From Candidatus Kuenenia stuttgartensis (GTDB lineage Bacteria > Planctomycetota > Planctomycetia > Pirellulales > UBA1268), in assembly GCA_945873085.1 (NCBI GenBank), contig CAMCCR010000001.1, positions 748 through 64,747 of the forward strand: a DNA stretch of 64,000 nt, written 5' to 3'. Below, in pieces: positions 19,442 to 29,153 of the stretch. A program made the translations under genes and the position numbers. The notes beneath the pieces were generated by a model. The model saw only the letters and a list, made by a program, of their open reading frames with translations, had not been told where the DNA came from and did not search any database. The first letter of the stretch is position 1; each line of letters starts with the position of its first letter.

Positions 19442-20161
19442 TCACCGCGGCGGGGTGGTCGGGAGAGGAGCGATGGTGGGCGTTTGGCCGAGGTGGGCCG
19501 CCTGGGGCAATGGCACGACGGCGGGTTCGCCGGGCGCCCGTCGAGCCAACAGGGTCGCGGCGATACTCCAGAAGGCGAGGAGAACGAGCACCGCCCCGAC
19601 CCCGGCAAACAGCCCCCCCCAGGGGCTTGCGCGGACGCGGAGCCGGCGCGACGCCTGCCGGACGCGGCGACTAAACTCGCTCCAGGCCTCATGGGCCGAG
19701 CGTCGGCCGACCCCGATCAGGCTCACCGTGCGGAGGCTGCCGTCGCCATCGAGGTGGACCTGCAACCCCCGGGTCGGAAGCGCCACCGTCTCGCCGGCCC
19801 AGCGCGCCTGCGGATCGAGGTCGGCGGCCACTTCCGCCACCAGGGGCCTGAGTTGTTCGAGGCTGATGTTGTAAACGATCAACCTGGGACGCGAGACGAG
19901 CACGCACAGCGCGACGACCAGACAGAAGCCCAGGATCAACATCGGCCAGCTCCACGACGAGCCGCCGGTGGCCGGACGTACCAGCGCGATCGGGCCGACG
20001 GTCACCAGGCCGACGAGGCTCGCACCGAGGAGAATGCCGTCCCAGACCCCCGCGATGGCGAGCGGGCGGCGGCGGAGGTGAACCCATCCCAGGGCGAGGA
20101 GGTAGACCCCGAGTGGGAGGAACGCGGCCCCGAGAGGGAGCGAGTCGAACAGGCTGTTCAT
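19442..20161 (-). CDS. hypothetical membrane protein
   Basis: ATG start with good GC3 codon bias. About 3 N-terminal TM helices, a soluble middle segment and one C-terminal TM helix. The stop lies 3 nt before the pckA start. No family recognised. Confidence 0.7.
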   Translation of the reverse strand: MNSLFDSLPLGAAFLPLGVYLLALGWVHLRRRPLAIAGVWDGILLGASLVGLVTVGPIALVRPATGGSSWSWPMLILGFCLVVALCVLVSRPRLIVYNISLEQLRPLVAEVAADLDPQARWAGETVALPTRGLQVHLDGDGSLRTVSLIGVGRRSAHEAWSEFSRRVRQASRRLRVRASPWGGLFAGVGAVLVLLAFWSIAATLLARRAPGEPAVVPLPQAAHLGQTPTIAPLPTTPPR

Positions 20162-20185
20162 CGTGTTGCCCTTCTCGCTCGGGCC

Positions 20186-20320
20186 TCAGGCGCCACCAAC
20201 GGCCATCCATCCGAGGAACAGCAACCAGGCCGACTCGACCAGGGCCGCCAGCGCCAGGCCGACAGGGAACCCGGACGGCTTCCCCGCTGACGAAAGCGGA
20301 TCGAGCAGATCGGCTGCCAC
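20186..20320 (-). CDS. possible small membrane protein (44 aa)
   Basis: Found by manual translation; it is below the ORF-track size cut-off. GTG start gives (M)AADLLDPLSSAGKPSGFPVGLALAALVESAWLLFLGWMAVGGA with one TM helix and GC3-rich codons. It ends 24 nt upstream of the 239-aa membrane gene. Speculative. Confidence 0.25.
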   Translation of the reverse strand: MAADLLDPLSSAGKPSGFPVGLALAALVESAWLLFLGWMAVGGA

Positions 20321-20437
20321 ATCACGGCTCCCAAAGTGGCATCAAGCGTAAACTTAAAATGGCCATCACTTCGGACTTGATCAGGAGCAACCCCTCGGCG
20401 CGACCCCCAGGCGAGAACGATGGCCGCCGCGCGGCCG

Positions 20438-20471
20438 TGCCCCGCGAACTAGGATGCCCCGCGAACTAGGA
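20438..20471. repeat. perfect 17-bp tandem direct repeat (2 copies)
   Basis: TGCCCCGCGAACTAGGA at 20438-20454 and again at 20455-20471. The second copy contains the last sense codon and the TAG stop of the minus-strand gene 20466..20945. Confidence 0.9.
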
Positions 20472-20945
20472 ATTGTCGGGAACGCTGAAGGAAAGATCGC
20501 GTGTGAACGCCTCTTCAAAATCGTAGACGTCGTGGAAGTCCTCGCGCTTGTCTTTGCGGGTCTTCCTCATCTGACCGATGTCGATCATGTTGAAGACGAT
20601 CTCGCCGAGGTCGCGGGTGCTGTGAATCCCCCACGTCCCGAGCACCGTCCGGGCCATGAACCCGTACTGCTGCAGCGCGTAGCGCCGTGCCGCCTCGCAG
20701 AGCTGCTGCCCCGTCAGGTGCCGTTCCGCGGGCCGACGCCGCGACTTGCCCGCCCGCGGGCGGACTGATGCTGACGACTCCGGGGGCCTCGGCTCGAGTT
20801 CCTCCTCGGGCGGCTCCTCTCCGAGGTTGAGCGTCTCCTGGGCGTAGGACAACGCCTCGAGGACGAACATGTAGGCATCGAGCTTGTAGCGACGATCTCG
20901 CTGGAGAAGTTGCCCGAGCGGGTGCGATGGGTCGATCAACGACAT
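20466..20945 (-). CDS. conserved hypothetical protein (Planctomycetes/Verrucomicrobia-type, Minf_1886-like by recollection)
   Basis: Start at ATG 20945 (MSLIDPSHPLG). Contains YKLDAYMFVLEALSYAQ, then HLTGQQLCEAARRYALQQYGFMARTVLGTWGIHSTRDLGEIVFNMID, then EDFHDVYDFEEAF. Family assignment is from memory and unverified. The upstream part of the track ORF (to 21236) looks non-coding. Confidence 0.7.
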   Translation of the reverse strand: MSLIDPSHPLGQLLQRDRRYKLDAYMFVLEALSYAQETLNLGEEPPEEELEPRPPESSASVRPRAGKSRRRPAERHLTGQQLCEAARRYALQQYGFMARTVLGTWGIHSTRDLGEIVFNMIDIGQMRKTRKDKREDFHDVYDFEEAFTRDLSFSVPDNS

Positions 20946-21171
20946 GGAATCCTCGAAGACGGTTTGGGCCCGTTTCTCCGGGCAGACTCGACCGTGCCCG
21001 TGGACTTCCGTCACATCCGCCCCGGCGGGGGGGCGTCGGGAGCCGAGCCGGGCGGGAGACATGGCCGTGGCACCAGTTGCCGGCCACACCACCGGCCGGT
21101 CCCACCAGCAGTCCGACGGAGTATACCGGGAAGGAGCCTGACGGCGAGGGAGCGACTCCCGTCCGATCGAG

Positions 21172-22239
21172 TCAGCGATTCCGTGGCGGCGGGGCCGGCA
21201 GGGACGTCTGCTGAGCCGGAGCCGCAGCCCCCCCATCCTCGAGAATGAACGTGTACCCGAGCGGGGTCACGGGCTTGGAGAAATCCCGGATCAGATCGAG
21301 ACCCTTGTCGATGAAACTCGTGTTCTGGATGAACTGGTAGACATCCTGATCCTGGCCACCCGGTTTGTAGATGCGGATCGCGAACGGAATCAGGTCGCGG
21401 GTCCCGAGAATCAACTCGACCTTCGAGAAGTTCGCAGCGTCGGCCTGTGTCCGTGGCAGGGCCTCGAGCCAGACTTGATCCGTCACGCCGGCCGGCGTGG
21501 GAAGAATGCGCATCACATAGCGCTTCTTGAGCGTGTCGGCCTTGGCACCGAAAACGAACGGCAGTGGACCGTCGCTGATCGCCTTGCCGCGCATCTCGGG
21601 GGGCAGCTTCGTCTCCCGCAGCTGCCGGTCACCGTGACGGAACTCGTAGATGCTCGTGCCGTTGCACACCCAGTGCTCACCCGAATCACCCGGACGCTGT
21701 TCGTAACGCGACGTCTGGGCGTTCCACTGCTTCGATTCCTTGACGCGGAACAGCCCCTTGTCCGGCATGGCGTACTTGATCTCGCCGGCGCTCTCCGCAA
21801 ACGCAAGGCGATCCCCACTGGGGCCAACCGGACCGAAGGCGTTGTATTCCCACTTGTAGAAGTCGCACGACCAGGTCTTCACCGCGGCGTTCCGCGCTTC
21901 CCAGGCCGTCAGGAGCCTCTCGAGCGCTGCCGCGGCTTCCGGGGAGAGCTGGGGAACGGTCGGTTGCGGCGGGCGCTGCTGGGGAGCGGCCCCCTGTGCC
22001 GGCGGACGTCCAGAACCTTGAGGAGCTTGAGGAGCTTGAGCCACGCGGGGTTGTTGCGGGGCGGGCGCGGCGGGCTGCTGGGGTGGCCGCCCCGCGACAG
22101 GAGGCGTCTGGGCGCCACTTGCCGGGCGGACCCCGGCCGGTGCCTGAGCGTGGATCGAGGCCACCGGGTGGAGCCCGAAGAGGGCGGCCGACACGGCCAA
22201 GGCGCTGACCGAGAGGGACCGACGGCGGGAATGTGACAC
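21172..22239 (-). CDS. exported hypothetical protein (Pro/Gln/Ala-rich linker plus globular C-terminal domain)
   Basis: GTG 22239, preceded by GGAG, gives the signal peptide (M)SHSRRRSLSVSALAVSAALFGLHPVASIHA. A PQQP-type low-complexity linker follows, then a domain with WSCDFYKWEYNAFG and GEHWVCNGTSIYEF. It resembles planctomycete TIGR03009-type proteins from memory, unverified. Confidence 0.7.
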   Translation of the reverse strand: MSHSRRRSLSVSALAVSAALFGLHPVASIHAQAPAGVRPASGAQTPPVAGRPPQQPAAPAPQQPRVAQAPQAPQGSGRPPAQGAAPQQRPPQPTVPQLSPEAAAALERLLTAWEARNAAVKTWSCDFYKWEYNAFGPVGPSGDRLAFAESAGEIKYAMPDKGLFRVKESKQWNAQTSRYEQRPGDSGEHWVCNGTSIYEFRHGDRQLRETKLPPEMRGKAISDGPLPFVFGAKADTLKKRYVMRILPTPAGVTDQVWLEALPRTQADAANFSKVELILGTRDLIPFAIRIYKPGGQDQDVYQFIQNTSFIDKGLDLIRDFSKPVTPLGYTFILEDGGAAAPAQQTSLPAPPPRNR

Positions 22240-22423
22240 GGCGCTGACTCCGGAGATTGGACCGGACTCTAGCAACCTCTTCCAGACGCAGCGAGCCCTC
22301 TTTTCCTGGGGATTGCGCGGCGGTTTGCCCGGGATCGGATGCCCTTCCGCCCCCCCCCAAACCACAGCCGCTCTCCGCGGGCGGCCTTGCCCCCGGCGAA
22401 GGCGCGGCGATCCTCGTTGGGAA

Positions 22424-24346
22424 TCAGGAGCGGGTGGGCTCCTCGAGATAGGTGTAGCCCCCCAATCCCTCCTCATAGAACCGGAGGAATCGACCGGCCT
22501 GCTGATCGCAGATCCGTCCCTCCCGCACCGCCTGCTCGATCGCATCGCGGAGCCGCTGCACGAGGTGCTCGGGGTCGAACTCGACGTAATCGAGCACCTC
22601 CCTGACGGTGTCTCCCTTGATCACCGCATCGAGGACGACTTCCCCTCTGGCATCGGTACTGATGTGGACGGCGTTGGTGTCACCGAACAGGTTGTGGAGG
22701 TCGCCGAGGATCTCCTGGTAGGCACCGATGAGGAAAGCCCCGAGGTAGTAGGGCTCATTTTGCAAGGGATGGAGCGGCAGTGTGCGTTTCACGTCGCGCC
22801 GATCGATGAACTGGTCGATCTTCCCGTCGGAATCGCAGGTGACGTCGCCAAGCACGGCTTCCCTGGTGGGACGCTCGTTGAGGCGGTGGATCGGCATCAC
22901 CGGGAACAGTTGCTTGATTGCCCAGCTGTCGGGAATCGACTGAAAGAGGGAAAAATTGCAGAAGTAGGTGTCGGAGAGAGCCGCGGTCAGCCCCTCGAGC
23001 TCCTCGGGGACGAAGTCGAGTTGCTTCGAGAGCTTGCTGATCCTCCGGCAGATCGCCCAATAGAGGTTCTCGATCGACGATCGCTGGTCGAGCGGGAGGT
23101 AGCCGCTGGCGAACAGGCTCATCGCCGTATCGAGTGCCTGCTGGGCGTCGTGGTAGCTCTCGAGGAGGTTGCGGATGTTGAGGTTCTGGTAGGTCTCCAT
23201 GAGGTCGTGGAGCGGCTGTTCGGCCTCTGCCGCCGGCTCGGTCACCTCGCCATTCCCGCCGTGCTCCGAGATCCCGAGCACGCCGAAGATGAGCATGCTG
23301 TGGTAGGCCACCACGGCGCGACCACTCTCGGAGATGATCGTCGGATGGGGCACGCCCGCCTCGTCGCAGGCATTCTGGACGTGGTAGACGACGTCGTTTG
23401 CATACTCCTGGAGGCTGTAGTTGACGCTCGATTCGAAGTTCGTCTGGGAACCGTCGTAATCGACGCCCAGACCGCCACCGACATCGAGGAAACGCAGCCC
23501 GGCGCCCCGCTTCACCAGTTCCGTGTACATCCGCGACGCCTCCGTGAGCGCCGCCTTGATGTGGCGGATGTTGGTGATCTGGCTTCCCTGATGGAAGTGG
23601 AGCAGTTGAAAGCAGTCTTGCATGTCGCGGGCCGCGAGCACCTCGAGACCGCGGAGGAGCTCGCTCGCCGTCAGCCCGAACTTGCTGCGAAAGCCGCCCG
23701 ATGCCTGCCAGCGGCCGCTCCCCCGGGCGGCGAGCTTGACGCGCATCCCGATCCGCGGGCGGACACCGAGTTTCTCGGCGTATTCGAGAATCAGCTGCAG
23801 TTCGGAAAACCGCTCCACGACCGGCATGATGTTGCGCCCGATCTTCTGCGCGAGCATCGCCGTCTCGATGAACTCCGGATCCTTGAAGCCGTTGCAGATG
23901 ATCGGCGTGTCGTTGTCGGCCAACGCGATGACGGCGAGGAGTTCGGGCTTGCTGCCCGCCTCGAGGCCGAAGCGGTATGGCCGGCCGAACTGCAGCACCT
24001 CCTCGACCACCTGCCGCTGCTGGTTCACCTTGACCGGATAGACGCAACAGTAGTCGCCCCGGTATCCAGCCTCCTTCATCGAGGTCGCAAAGGCCCCGTG
24101 GATCTCACCGAGCCGGTGCTGGAGGATCTCGGCGAAGCGGAGGAGGATCGGGAGGTCGATCCCACGCACCTGGAGCCGGTCCACGAGCGACTTCAGATCG
24201 ATGCTCTTCGTCGGATCCTTGTCAGGATGGACGAGAAGGTGGCCGTTGGGCCCGACCGAGAAGTAACCATTCCCCCACCGCGTCACCTCGTAGAGGTCCG
24301 AGGCGTCGGCGGTCGACCATTGTTCGACATCAAGATCCACGGCCAT
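22424..24346 (-). CDS. speA: biosynthetic arginine decarboxylase
   Basis: Start at ATG 24346 (MAVDLDVEQWSTADASDLYEVTRWGNGYFSV). Motifs YPVKVNQQRQVVEEV, LDVGGGLGVDYDGS and HFHQGSQI. 640 aa. Confidence 0.93.
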   Translation of the reverse strand: MAVDLDVEQWSTADASDLYEVTRWGNGYFSVGPNGHLLVHPDKDPTKSIDLKSLVDRLQVRGIDLPILLRFAEILQHRLGEIHGAFATSMKEAGYRGDYCCVYPVKVNQQRQVVEEVLQFGRPYRFGLEAGSKPELLAVIALADNDTPIICNGFKDPEFIETAMLAQKIGRNIMPVVERFSELQLILEYAEKLGVRPRIGMRVKLAARGSGRWQASGGFRSKFGLTASELLRGLEVLAARDMQDCFQLLHFHQGSQITNIRHIKAALTEASRMYTELVKRGAGLRFLDVGGGLGVDYDGSQTNFESSVNYSLQEYANDVVYHVQNACDEAGVPHPTIISESGRAVVAYHSMLIFGVLGISEHGGNGEVTEPAAEAEQPLHDLMETYQNLNIRNLLESYHDAQQALDTAMSLFASGYLPLDQRSSIENLYWAICRRISKLSKQLDFVPEELEGLTAALSDTYFCNFSLFQSIPDSWAIKQLFPVMPIHRLNERPTREAVLGDVTCDSDGKIDQFIDRRDVKRTLPLHPLQNEPYYLGAFLIGAYQEILGDLHNLFGDTNAVHISTDARGEVVLDAVIKGDTVREVLDYVEFDPEHLVQRLRDAIEQAVREGRICDQQAGRFLRFYEEGLGGYTYLEEPTRS

Positions 24347-24508
24347 CGAGGGGCTCCGCGGGCGGGCTCGTTCGGGAAGCGACGGTGGGCCGTCCGGGCA
24401 CCGGCATGCCGGGCCCTTTCGACGGCGAAAGTCCATGGAGTGTATCGTCGTCGCGGCGGGGGACCATGCCAATCCCGCCCCATCCTCCTGAGATCGATGC
24501 CGGAGCGG

Positions 24509-26002
24509 TCAAACGCCGGCCCGCGTCCACCGCCTTCCCGAGAAGATCAACGCCATTGCCACGCCGCGGACAGTGAGGTCGATCGCCATCGCGTACCAGG
24601 CCCCTACCGCACCCCATCCCCAGCCATCGATCGTCGCGCCCCCCGGCAGCGGCACCTGGGGCCAGGCCAAAAGCATCGCCAGCGGCAGGCGGACGACGAG
24701 GAGGCCGAGAAAGTTCACCAACAGCGGCGGGCGGGTCGCTCCGGCGCCGCGGAGGCCCCCGGAAAAGACCATGAGCATCGCCAGGGGGGGCTGGGCGAAG
24801 GCGACAATCCGCACGAGTCGGGCCGTCAATGACGCCACCTCAGACTGTCGCCCCTGCCCCCCCACGAACCAGCCAGCCAGCGGATCCGCGGCGACGAAGA
24901 ACAGCCCCCCCATCGCCGACATCAATCCGACACACCCGGCGGCGGCCAACCACACGCTTTGCCGGGCGCGGCGCTCGTCCCGGGCACCGAGAAACTGCCC
25001 GGAAAGCGTGGCCGCAGCCATTCCGAAGGCACTTCCTGGCAGGAAGGCGAGCGATTCAATGGTGATGGCGACAGCGTGCGCGGCGGCGTCGACGTCCCCG
25101 AGCCGGTTGACGACCGAAAGGAACCACAGATGGCAGATGGCGTTGCCGATTGCGTCCATCCCTGCCGGCAGTCCCACCGAGAGGACACGCCTGAGACAGT
25201 GGCCGTCAGGAACAAGATCGCCGGGGGCGGGGCGGAGTTGCCGGTCACGGCGAGTGAGAAGCCACAGCGTGCAGATGGCCCCACAGCCGTAGCCGATGAG
25301 CGTTCCCCAGGCCAGCCCCTTCCAGCCGAGGCGGGGAAGCCCGCCCACTCCGACGGCCAACGCGTAGCTGGCGCCGGCGTTGACGAGGTTCACGACCGTC
25401 ATCGACATCAAGCCCGCCACCATGTCTCCAGAACCACGGAGGATTGCCACCCCGACGCCGATGATCATCATGGCGGGAAGTGCCGGAATGACGATCTCCA
25501 GGTATTCCATCGCCAGGCCGGTGCTCGCTGCGGGCAGCCCGAGGAGCATCACGAGCCTCCTCCCTCCCAGGGCGGCCGCCAGCCCCACGACTCCGACCAA
25601 CACACTCCCGACGACAAACGCCTGACCGGCAGCCCGCCGGGCCCCGATGAGATCCCCCCCGCCGACGCACCGGGCCACCAGGGCCGTCGCCGCCACCGCC
25701 GGAACCGCAAACAGCCCCGGCAGAAATCCCAGCGTGTAACCAACGAGCCCGACCGCCGCCAGGAACGCAGGGCCTTCGAGGAGGTTTCCCGCCAGCCATT
25801 TGTCGGTGAAGCCGACCGAGATCGCGAGCACCTGCTCGAGAAGCGCCGGCAGCACGAGCATGAGCACCGGCCGAACCGTCCCCGGAACCGATGCGACGCC
25901 GCCGGCCCGCGGCCGACTTGCGGGAGAGGCTTCCTTTGAGCGGCTGTTGACCGCTGGACCGGGGACGTTGCCGGTCGCGACCGCCTCCTGGGCGGAGGCC
26001 AT
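24509..26002 (-). CDS. MATE family efflux transporter
   Basis: About 12 hydrophobic helices in two similar halves, 497 aa from ATG 26002. Assigned to the MATE/NorM-like family by overall pattern from memory. The upstream part of the track ORF is Arg-rich non-coding read-through. Confidence 0.75.
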   Translation of the reverse strand: MASAQEAVATGNVPGPAVNSRSKEASPASRPRAGGVASVPGTVRPVLMLVLPALLEQVLAISVGFTDKWLAGNLLEGPAFLAAVGLVGYTLGFLPGLFAVPAVAATALVARCVGGGDLIGARRAAGQAFVVGSVLVGVVGLAAALGGRRLVMLLGLPAASTGLAMEYLEIVIPALPAMMIIGVGVAILRGSGDMVAGLMSMTVVNLVNAGASYALAVGVGGLPRLGWKGLAWGTLIGYGCGAICTLWLLTRRDRQLRPAPGDLVPDGHCLRRVLSVGLPAGMDAIGNAICHLWFLSVVNRLGDVDAAAHAVAITIESLAFLPGSAFGMAAATLSGQFLGARDERRARQSVWLAAAGCVGLMSAMGGLFFVAADPLAGWFVGGQGRQSEVASLTARLVRIVAFAQPPLAMLMVFSGGLRGAGATRPPLLVNFLGLLVVRLPLAMLLAWPQVPLPGGATIDGWGWGAVGAWYAMAIDLTVRGVAMALIFSGRRWTRAGV

Positions 26003-26073
26003 CGGGCCAATGCCCCGGCGATTGCCTAGGCCAGCCGGAGACGGTTCTTCCCCTGCCCCGGCGGCGGGAGGGC

Positions 26074-27351
26074 TCAGGCGAACAGCTCCTTGATCACCTT
26101 GCCGGCGTTGGCGATCTTCATCGGCCTGCCGTTCTTGGCCGTGAACGTCGTCTCCAGGGAGATGTCGAGCGACTTCAGCACGCTGGCCATGAGGTCTTGG
26201 GCCGAGTACGGCTCCGTCACCACTTCCTTGCCATCGGAACTCGTCTCGCCGACGACCACCCCGCGCTTGAAGCCGGCACCACCGACGGCCACGCTCCAAC
26301 TGCGGGCCCAGTGATCACGCCCACCGTTGCCGTTGATGTTCGGCGTCCGGCTGAACTCCCCCATCCAGATGATTGCCGTGTCATCGAGCAGACCACGCTC
26401 CGCAAGATCGGAGACGAGTGCCGCCATCGCCTTGTCGAGTTCCGGGAGTTTGTTGTCTGAGAGCGTCTTGAAGATGTCGGCGTGGTTGTCCCAGCCGCCG
26501 AGATCGACCTCGACGAACGGCACCCCCTGCTCCACCAACCGGCGGGCCATGAGACAGCCCCGGCCGAAACCGGTGTTGCCGTAGCGGTCTTGAACATCCT
26601 TCGGCTCCTTCATGACCTTGAAGGACTCCATCTGGTCGCTCGTCATGAGCTTGACCGTCTTGGAGAGAACCTTGGCGTGGTCGTCGGACGAGGCCCCACG
26701 CTTCTCGCCGATGAACTTTTCCTCGATCGCCGAAAGCATCTCCAGCCGCTGCGACAGCCGGGTCGGATCGATCCCCATGTCGAGATTGCGAACATTGCCG
26801 TTGGAGTCGACGACGAACGGCGACCACGACATTCCCAGGAATCCCGGGCCGACGCTCCCGCTGCCGACGGAAACGAAGGGGGGAATCTCGAGATCGGGCA
26901 CCTGATCCGCCAGTTCGTGGGCAATCACGGCGCCGTAGCTGGGGTGCTCGACGTTGGGATTCGGCACGTAGCCCGTGTGCATGTAGTAGCGGCCGCGCAT
27001 GTGGTCTGCCTCGCGCGTGCTCATCGATCGCACGAGCGACATGTGGTGCATCTGCTGGGCCACCAGCGGCATGTGCTCGCAGATCTGGATCCCATCGGCG
27101 CTGGTCGAGATCGGCTTGAAGGGGCCGCCGGTCGCCGCCCCTGGCTTGAGATCCCAGATGTCCATGGTGCTGGGGCCGCCTCCCATCCAAAGGAGAATGG
27201 CCGACTTGTGCCGCTTCTTCAGGTCAGCGGCATTGGCGAGGATCGAGTTGGTGAAGGCCGTCGCCGGGGCGGCGAGGGCCGCTGCGCCCGCGACATGGCT
27301 CATGAAGTGTCGGCGGCTCATCCCGTCAATGAAACGGCTGGAGGCGGACAT
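26074..27351 (-). CDS. DUF1501 domain-containing protein (sulfatase-like, Tat signal)
   Basis: Twin-arginine signal SRRHFMSHVAGAAALAAP, plus LLWMGGGPSTMDIWDLKPG, GGWDNHADIF and NGGRDHWARSW. Confidence 0.9.
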   Translation of the reverse strand: MSASSRFIDGMSRRHFMSHVAGAAALAAPATAFTNSILANAADLKKRHKSAILLWMGGGPSTMDIWDLKPGAATGGPFKPISTSADGIQICEHMPLVAQQMHHMSLVRSMSTREADHMRGRYYMHTGYVPNPNVEHPSYGAVIAHELADQVPDLEIPPFVSVGSGSVGPGFLGMSWSPFVVDSNGNVRNLDMGIDPTRLSQRLEMLSAIEEKFIGEKRGASSDDHAKVLSKTVKLMTSDQMESFKVMKEPKDVQDRYGNTGFGRGCLMARRLVEQGVPFVEVDLGGWDNHADIFKTLSDNKLPELDKAMAALVSDLAERGLLDDTAIIWMGEFSRTPNINGNGGRDHWARSWSVAVGGAGFKRGVVVGETSSDGKEVVTEPYSAQDLMASVLKSLDISLETTFTAKNGRPMKIANAGKVIKELFA

Positions 27352-27434
27352 GGAGGGAATCCTCAGGGGTGGACAAGGGTGAGGGGAGCGGTGGGGCGTC
27401 TTAGCTGGGGGCGGATGAGGGATCGGTGTGGGGA

Positions 27435-29153
27435 TCAGTGGTTGATGATGAACTCATTCGAATTGAGAACGGCCCACCAAATGTCCTGGAGGGCACTGAT
27501 GGCATCTCCCTTGCGGGCGACCATCATCTGATTGGCAAGTTTGATTTCCTTGCGCGTCGGCTTCCTGGCAAGCGCCGCGGCATAGAGGGAGTCGATCCGC
27601 TGAGCGTTGGTCATGTCGGAGGCGGCAATACGGTCGAGAAAGCCCCCCTTGCCCGTCCCCGTTGCCGTCTTGACCAGATCCCCGTTGAACATCATCAACA
27701 CCTGTGGGATCGAGCCGTTGAAGGTTGTTGCCTCGTCTCCTTCGTCGGTGCCGAAGGCGATGATGAACTGCGAAAGCCATTCGTCCTTTTTGCGGGCCGC
27801 TTTCTCTCCCTTCTCCTCAGCCTGATCGGCCTCGGTGGCAGTCAGCAGCGACTGATAGAGTTCCTCGGGCCTCATCTGCCTGAGATAGAAATGGGAGAAC
27901 TTCGGCTTCTCGCCCACGGCCGGATCATCGGTCGCGTTGCCTTTGCCGATCCGGCTGGAAAGCGAGTAGGCGTGGGAAAGCGTGATCCATCGGATCAGTT
28001 CTTTAGTGTCGAAGCTCTGCCCGCGGAACCGCTCGCCAAGACCATCGAGCAATTCTGGATGCGATGGGGCGTTGTGTTCGCCGAGATCGTCGATAGGCCG
28101 GGTGAAACCGTAGCCGAAGAAGTGGCTCCAGATCCGGTTCACAGCAGCCTTGGGCATCAGCGGGCTGTCGACGATGAGCTGAGCCAGCGCCTGGCGACGG
28201 TTGACGCCATACTCCGTGCCATCGTCCATCTTCGCCGGGAGGTAGCCGGTGGAATCAACGGTCGTCCCGTCGATGAAAACCGGATAGGCGACTTTCATCT
28301 GCCCGTTGCGGAGTTCGTAGTAAAGCTCGGCCTGGGAGGCGTTGCCCCCCTCGCCGGCCCAATCCTCATCAACGAGTTCGATTGCCTGAACGTCACGGGT
28401 CCCCTCGAACTTCCGCAACGCCCTCACCTGACGGAAGAAGGCGTTGAACTCCCAAAACTGGTTTTGCTTTCCCTTGTTAAAGGGATGGTTGTGGCACTGC
28501 GTGCACTGCACCTGGAGGCCGAGAAACACCTGAGCTGTCTTGGCGGTGGCCTGAATGCCATTGTCCTCGAGTTTCCCTGACAGGAAATTCGTCGCCCCAT
28601 TGAAGCCCTTCTCACCGGACTTGTTGACCCCCGTGGCTGTCACGAGATCGGACACAAACCGGTCGTAGGGGACGTTTTTCGAAAACGACCGACGCAACCA
28701 CTGCCGCATGCCACTGCGGTTGACGTTGTCGTTCTCAAGGCTCCGACCGACGAGCACGGTCGTCCAGACATCTGCCCAATTGCGGGCATACTCATCGACG
28801 TAATCGTCTCCGAGGAGTCGTCCGACGAGGTCGGCCCGCTTCACCGGCGAGCTGTCGGCGACGTAGTCGTTGAGTTCCCGAACGGTCGGCACACGGCCGA
28901 TGATGTCGAGATGGACCCGACGGCACCATTCCTGGTCCGAGGCGGGCTCCGAAGGCTTGAGCTTGGCATCAGACCAACCGGCCGCAACCTGCTCGTTGAT
29001 GAACTTCACCTCCGGCAGGCCGAAGTGCTCATCTTTTTCGCGGGCGGCAGCGGCAAGCGGAGCCCCAGCCGCCAGGCAAACGACGATGAGCAAGTGCACG
29101 CCCAGAAAGGCGGACTTCGTTGAACACCGCCCTGAATGTACGTGCCTCGCCAT
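27435..29153 (-). CDS. DUF1549/DUF1553 domain-containing protein
   Basis: Start at ATG 29153 gives a signal/TM segment (FLGVHLLIVVCLAAGAPLAAAA). Contains EWCRRVHLDIIGRVPTVRE and a CxxCH motif (CTQCHNHPF), and ends ALQDIWWAVLNSNEFIINH. It lies directly upstream of the DUF1501 gene, the classic planctomycete pairing. Confidence 0.85.
   Translation of the reverse strand: MARHVHSGRCSTKSAFLGVHLLIVVCLAAGAPLAAAAREKDEHFGLPEVKFINEQVAAGWSDAKLKPSEPASDQEWCRRVHLDIIGRVPTVRELNDYVADSSPVKRADLVGRLLGDDYVDEYARNWADVWTTVLVGRSLENDNVNRSGMRQWLRRSFSKNVPYDRFVSDLVTATGVNKSGEKGFNGATNFLSGKLEDNGIQATAKTAQVFLGLQVQCTQCHNHPFNKGKQNQFWEFNAFFRQVRALRKFEGTRDVQAIELVDEDWAGEGGNASQAELYYELRNGQMKVAYPVFIDGTTVDSTGYLPAKMDDGTEYGVNRRQALAQLIVDSPLMPKAAVNRIWSHFFGYGFTRPIDDLGEHNAPSHPELLDGLGERFRGQSFDTKELIRWITLSHAYSLSSRIGKGNATDDPAVGEKPKFSHFYLRQMRPEELYQSLLTATEADQAEEKGEKAARKKDEWLSQFIIAFGTDEGDEATTFNGSIPQVLMMFNGDLVKTATGTGKGGFLDRIAASDMTNAQRIDSLYAAALARKPTRKEIKLANQMMVARKGDAISALQDIWWAVLNSNEFIINH

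Noticed and set aside
18341-20290. 649-aa + ORF opposite pckA and the membrane-protein gene
   Set aside because: Antisense shadow with Arg/Gly/Asp-rich composition. pckA motifs are on the minus strand.
22313-24832. 839-aa + ORF opposite speA
   Set aside because: Antisense shadow. speA is clearly encoded on the minus strand.
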